From a virus, in IMG/VR virus record IMGVR_UViG_3300045988_161200: 64,000 nucleotides of DNA, one strand, 5' to 3'. This document shows, piece by piece, positions 62,237 to 64,000 of this stretch (the stretch's first letter is position 1; the number at the start of each line of letters is the position of its first letter). The translations under genes and the position numbers were made by a program. The notes under the pieces were generated by a model. That model was not told the origin of the DNA. It saw only the letters and a list, made by a program, of their open reading frames with translations, and made no database searches.

Positions 62237-62265
62237 AGAGGACAGAACTAATTCCTCTGCCCTCT
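62237..62265 (-). terminator. Hairpin downstream of the AAA_24 gene
   Basis: Minus strand: AGAGGGCAGA / TCTGTCCTCT (10 bp, one mismatch) followed by TATTTGG. Confidence 0.4.
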
Positions 62266-62286
62266 TTCTAAACACAAATACAGCTT

Positions 62287-63306
62287 TTATCTTAAAGACT
62301 TTGTAAGATCAAGAAGTTCAGCGAGTATTTCCGGACTTTCTGCTGTCATATTCTTAATATTAAGACCCTTTTCCTTTATAAATGCGTTTATCTGCTTTAC
62401 AGCCGAGGTGTTACCACTAGCCGTAAGTTCCTTCATTAAAGGCTTCCACTCCTCGACAATATCTTCGGCATTATCAGCTTCTGTTGTCATAGCCTTAACG
62501 TCCTTTTCAACACTATCATTGAGGTTTGAAACTGCCTTAATACCATACTTCTTAGTGTCTTCCCAATTCTTTCTCCAAATCTCAAAAGTGATATTTTCAA
62601 GAATGTCTCCACGCTTTGTTACGCCTGTTCTATCCTTAAGTATCTTAGCCTTATAAACAGTTTCCCCATCATCAGTTTCTTCTGTAAAAGTCTGAATAAC
62701 AATATCAAAGTCGTGTTCTGCCTTCTTTGCAAGGTCGGGAATTTCGCCTATCTTTATTTTATCCACATTAAGAGCCTTTTTTTCTGCTTTGGTTGCGTCC
62801 CTTGTTTCGTCCTTCTGATGAGCAGTCACAACACACCATTTGCCCATTTCGGAAAAAAGAATATAAGATGTTGCAAGCTGTTGATTCCATCTCTTGATAT
62901 GCCCCCAGTCACGCTGAGAAATATTTATATCATTAAGGTCAATATCTGTATTACCCTTGTTTCTCTGCTTTCTTGCACGGCTTTCAGCTACCTCATATGC
63001 TGCACTCTGCATATTCTCATACAGTTTTGTACCAGAGTCAATAACTATCGTATCAAACGTCTTGAGCATATCCTCATCGTTAAGCTCATCAAGGGTTTCC
63101 TGCACCTCCTTTTCGGAAACAGTTCTCATAACACCCTTGATATTCTTATTCTTTCCGAGATAATATGTCTGACCATCTTCCGTATCAACAAGGTTAATGT
63201 TAGGGAACGTGCCAACGAAAGTTGATTTGCCAGTACCCTGCTTACCAAACACAAGAACCTTTCCTCCAACATGAGAGAGAACTTCTTCTACATTTTGAAA
63301 TCTCAT
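62287..63306 (-). CDS. AAA_24 / Sak4-like phage ATPase (recombination-associated)
   Basis: VLVFGKQGTGKSTFVGTF, NLVDTEDGQ, and RecA-like core length. Confidence 0.7.
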   Translation of the reverse strand: MRFQNVEEVLSHVGGKVLVFGKQGTGKSTFVGTFPNINLVDTEDGQTYYLGKNKNIKGVMRTVSEKEVQETLDELNDEDMLKTFDTIVIDSGTKLYENMQSAAYEVAESRARKQRNKGNTDIDLNDINISQRDWGHIKRWNQQLATSYILFSEMGKWCVVTAHQKDETRDATKAEKKALNVDKIKIGEIPDLAKKAEHDFDIVIQTFTEETDDGETVYKAKILKDRTGVTKRGDILENITFEIWRKNWEDTKKYGIKAVSNLNDSVEKDVKAMTTEADNAEDIVEEWKPLMKELTASGNTSAVKQINAFIKEKGLNIKNMTAESPEILAELLDLTKSLR

Positions 63307-63328
63307 ATTTAATTACCTCTCTTTCTTA

Positions 63329-64000
63329 TTACAGGTCTTCGAGCATCTTCATGAACTCATCTTCATCATCACTGGAAGAATCCATTTCATTATCTGCACT
63401 ATCATCAGTATTATCACTAGGGTTATCAAGGTCAAGTGTTGCAAGATATGCTTCAAAGAACGAAAGATCATTAGGCTTATATTTCTTAGTATCACGAGAT
63501 GCTGTAGGCTTTCTTGTTTCTCCTTCTCCAACATATGTAATAGCAGGCTTTGTAATAATCATTCTCTTTTCTCTGCTTGTATTTCCAACAGCACACTTAG
63601 CAAGAGCTTCTTCCTCCGTATAAAGACCAAGTTCAATAAGTTCCTTAATATCATCAGGAATATCATCTGCTGTAATATTAACTATTGAACCTCCTTCAAC
63701 AAGATTACCTTCGACAGTAATTTCAATTATCTCATTCTTCTTTGCCTTGTAAAGCTTTGCAATTTGTCTTGCTGTCAGTTCGGGATTTTCATTTATTTCA
63801 AGTTCATATGTAACAGGGATTGTAAAATTCTGCTTGACCTCTATCTTCTTATCGTTAATCTTTGGCTTGCCAATATAATCAATAACATATGCAGAAACAG
63901 GAATTGTATTCTTTGTCTTATCAGGCTTTCCAATGCTTCCATCATCAAGAAGAATTGTTTGTGTAAATGTTGCCTTATACTTATCAGGCTCGCACTTAGA
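63329..64000 (-). CDS. Protein with acidic C-terminal tail, 5' end outside the window
   Basis: The frame is open from base 64000 (224 codons), beyond the 77-aa ORF in the track. Ends in DSSSDDEDEFMKMLEDL, an SSB-like acidic tail. Sits next to the Sak4-like gene. Confidence 0.55.
   Translation of the reverse strand, partial: SKCEPDKYKATFTQTILLDDGSIGKPDKTKNTIPVSAYVIDYIGKPKINDKKIEVKQNFTIPVTYELEINENPELTARQIAKLYKAKKNEIIEITVEGNLVEGGSIVNITADDIPDDIKELIELGLYTEEEALAKCAVGNTSREKRMIITKPAITYVGEGETRKPTASRDTKKYKPNDLSFFEAYLATLDLDNPSDNTDDSADNEMDSSSDDEDEFMKMLEDL

Noticed and set aside
62408-63623. Plus-strand ORFs 62408..62656, 62713..63225, 62957..63163 and 63222..63623.
   Set aside because: They are antisense shadows of the Sak4-like ATPase and the acidic-tail gene.
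1-64000. Alternative genetic code (TAG or TGA reassignment), as seen in some gut phages.
   Set aside because: Standard-code translation gives full-length NrdD, Pol III alpha, integrase, helicases and tape measure with intact C-terminal motifs.

Overview
The window looks like most of a temperate, low-GC, Firmicutes-type tailed phage or prophage, built as two convergent arms. Plus arm (1-20277): the 3' part of a tape measure gene, an opposite-strand accessory cassette, tail/baseplate genes, a tail-fibre cluster, a lysis cassette (GH25+M15 endolysin, LL-H holin), a second fibre cluster carrying an HNH endonuclease and a tail-collar/SGNH-esterase fibre, then decayed gene remnants and a strong terminator. 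Minus arm (64000 down to 20294): replication (AAA_24 ATPase, DnaB-like helicase, primase, PD-(D/E)XK nuclease, Pol III alpha, RecD-like helicase, HD protein, ATP DNA ligase), an RNA ligase plus metallophosphoesterase, many small orphans, a macro-domain protein, an island of five DNA methyltransferases, a nucleotide-metabolism block (ThyX, kinase-like protein, deoxyribonucleotidase, NrdD/NrdG, cysteine desulfurase, dUTPase) and a lysogeny module (large serine recombinase, two unknowns, XRE regulator). Most notable items: (1) a TIR(ThsB-like)+SLATT/DUF4231 pair on the opposite strand between the tape measure and distal-tail genes, with a small antisense gene between the two halves; (2) the methyltransferase island with a non-canonical Fe-S enzyme, a nucleoside 2-deoxyribosyltransferase and an acidic protein; (3) a G8 tract that breaks one methyltransferase inside its DPPY motif; (4) near-consensus promoters paired with a palindromic 16-mer. 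Several genes are interrupted, and most breaks sit at homopolymer runs, so sequencing error, decay or slippage cannot be told apart here. No tRNA, rRNA or CRISPR array was seen. All functional calls come from reading motifs by eye; no database search was run.
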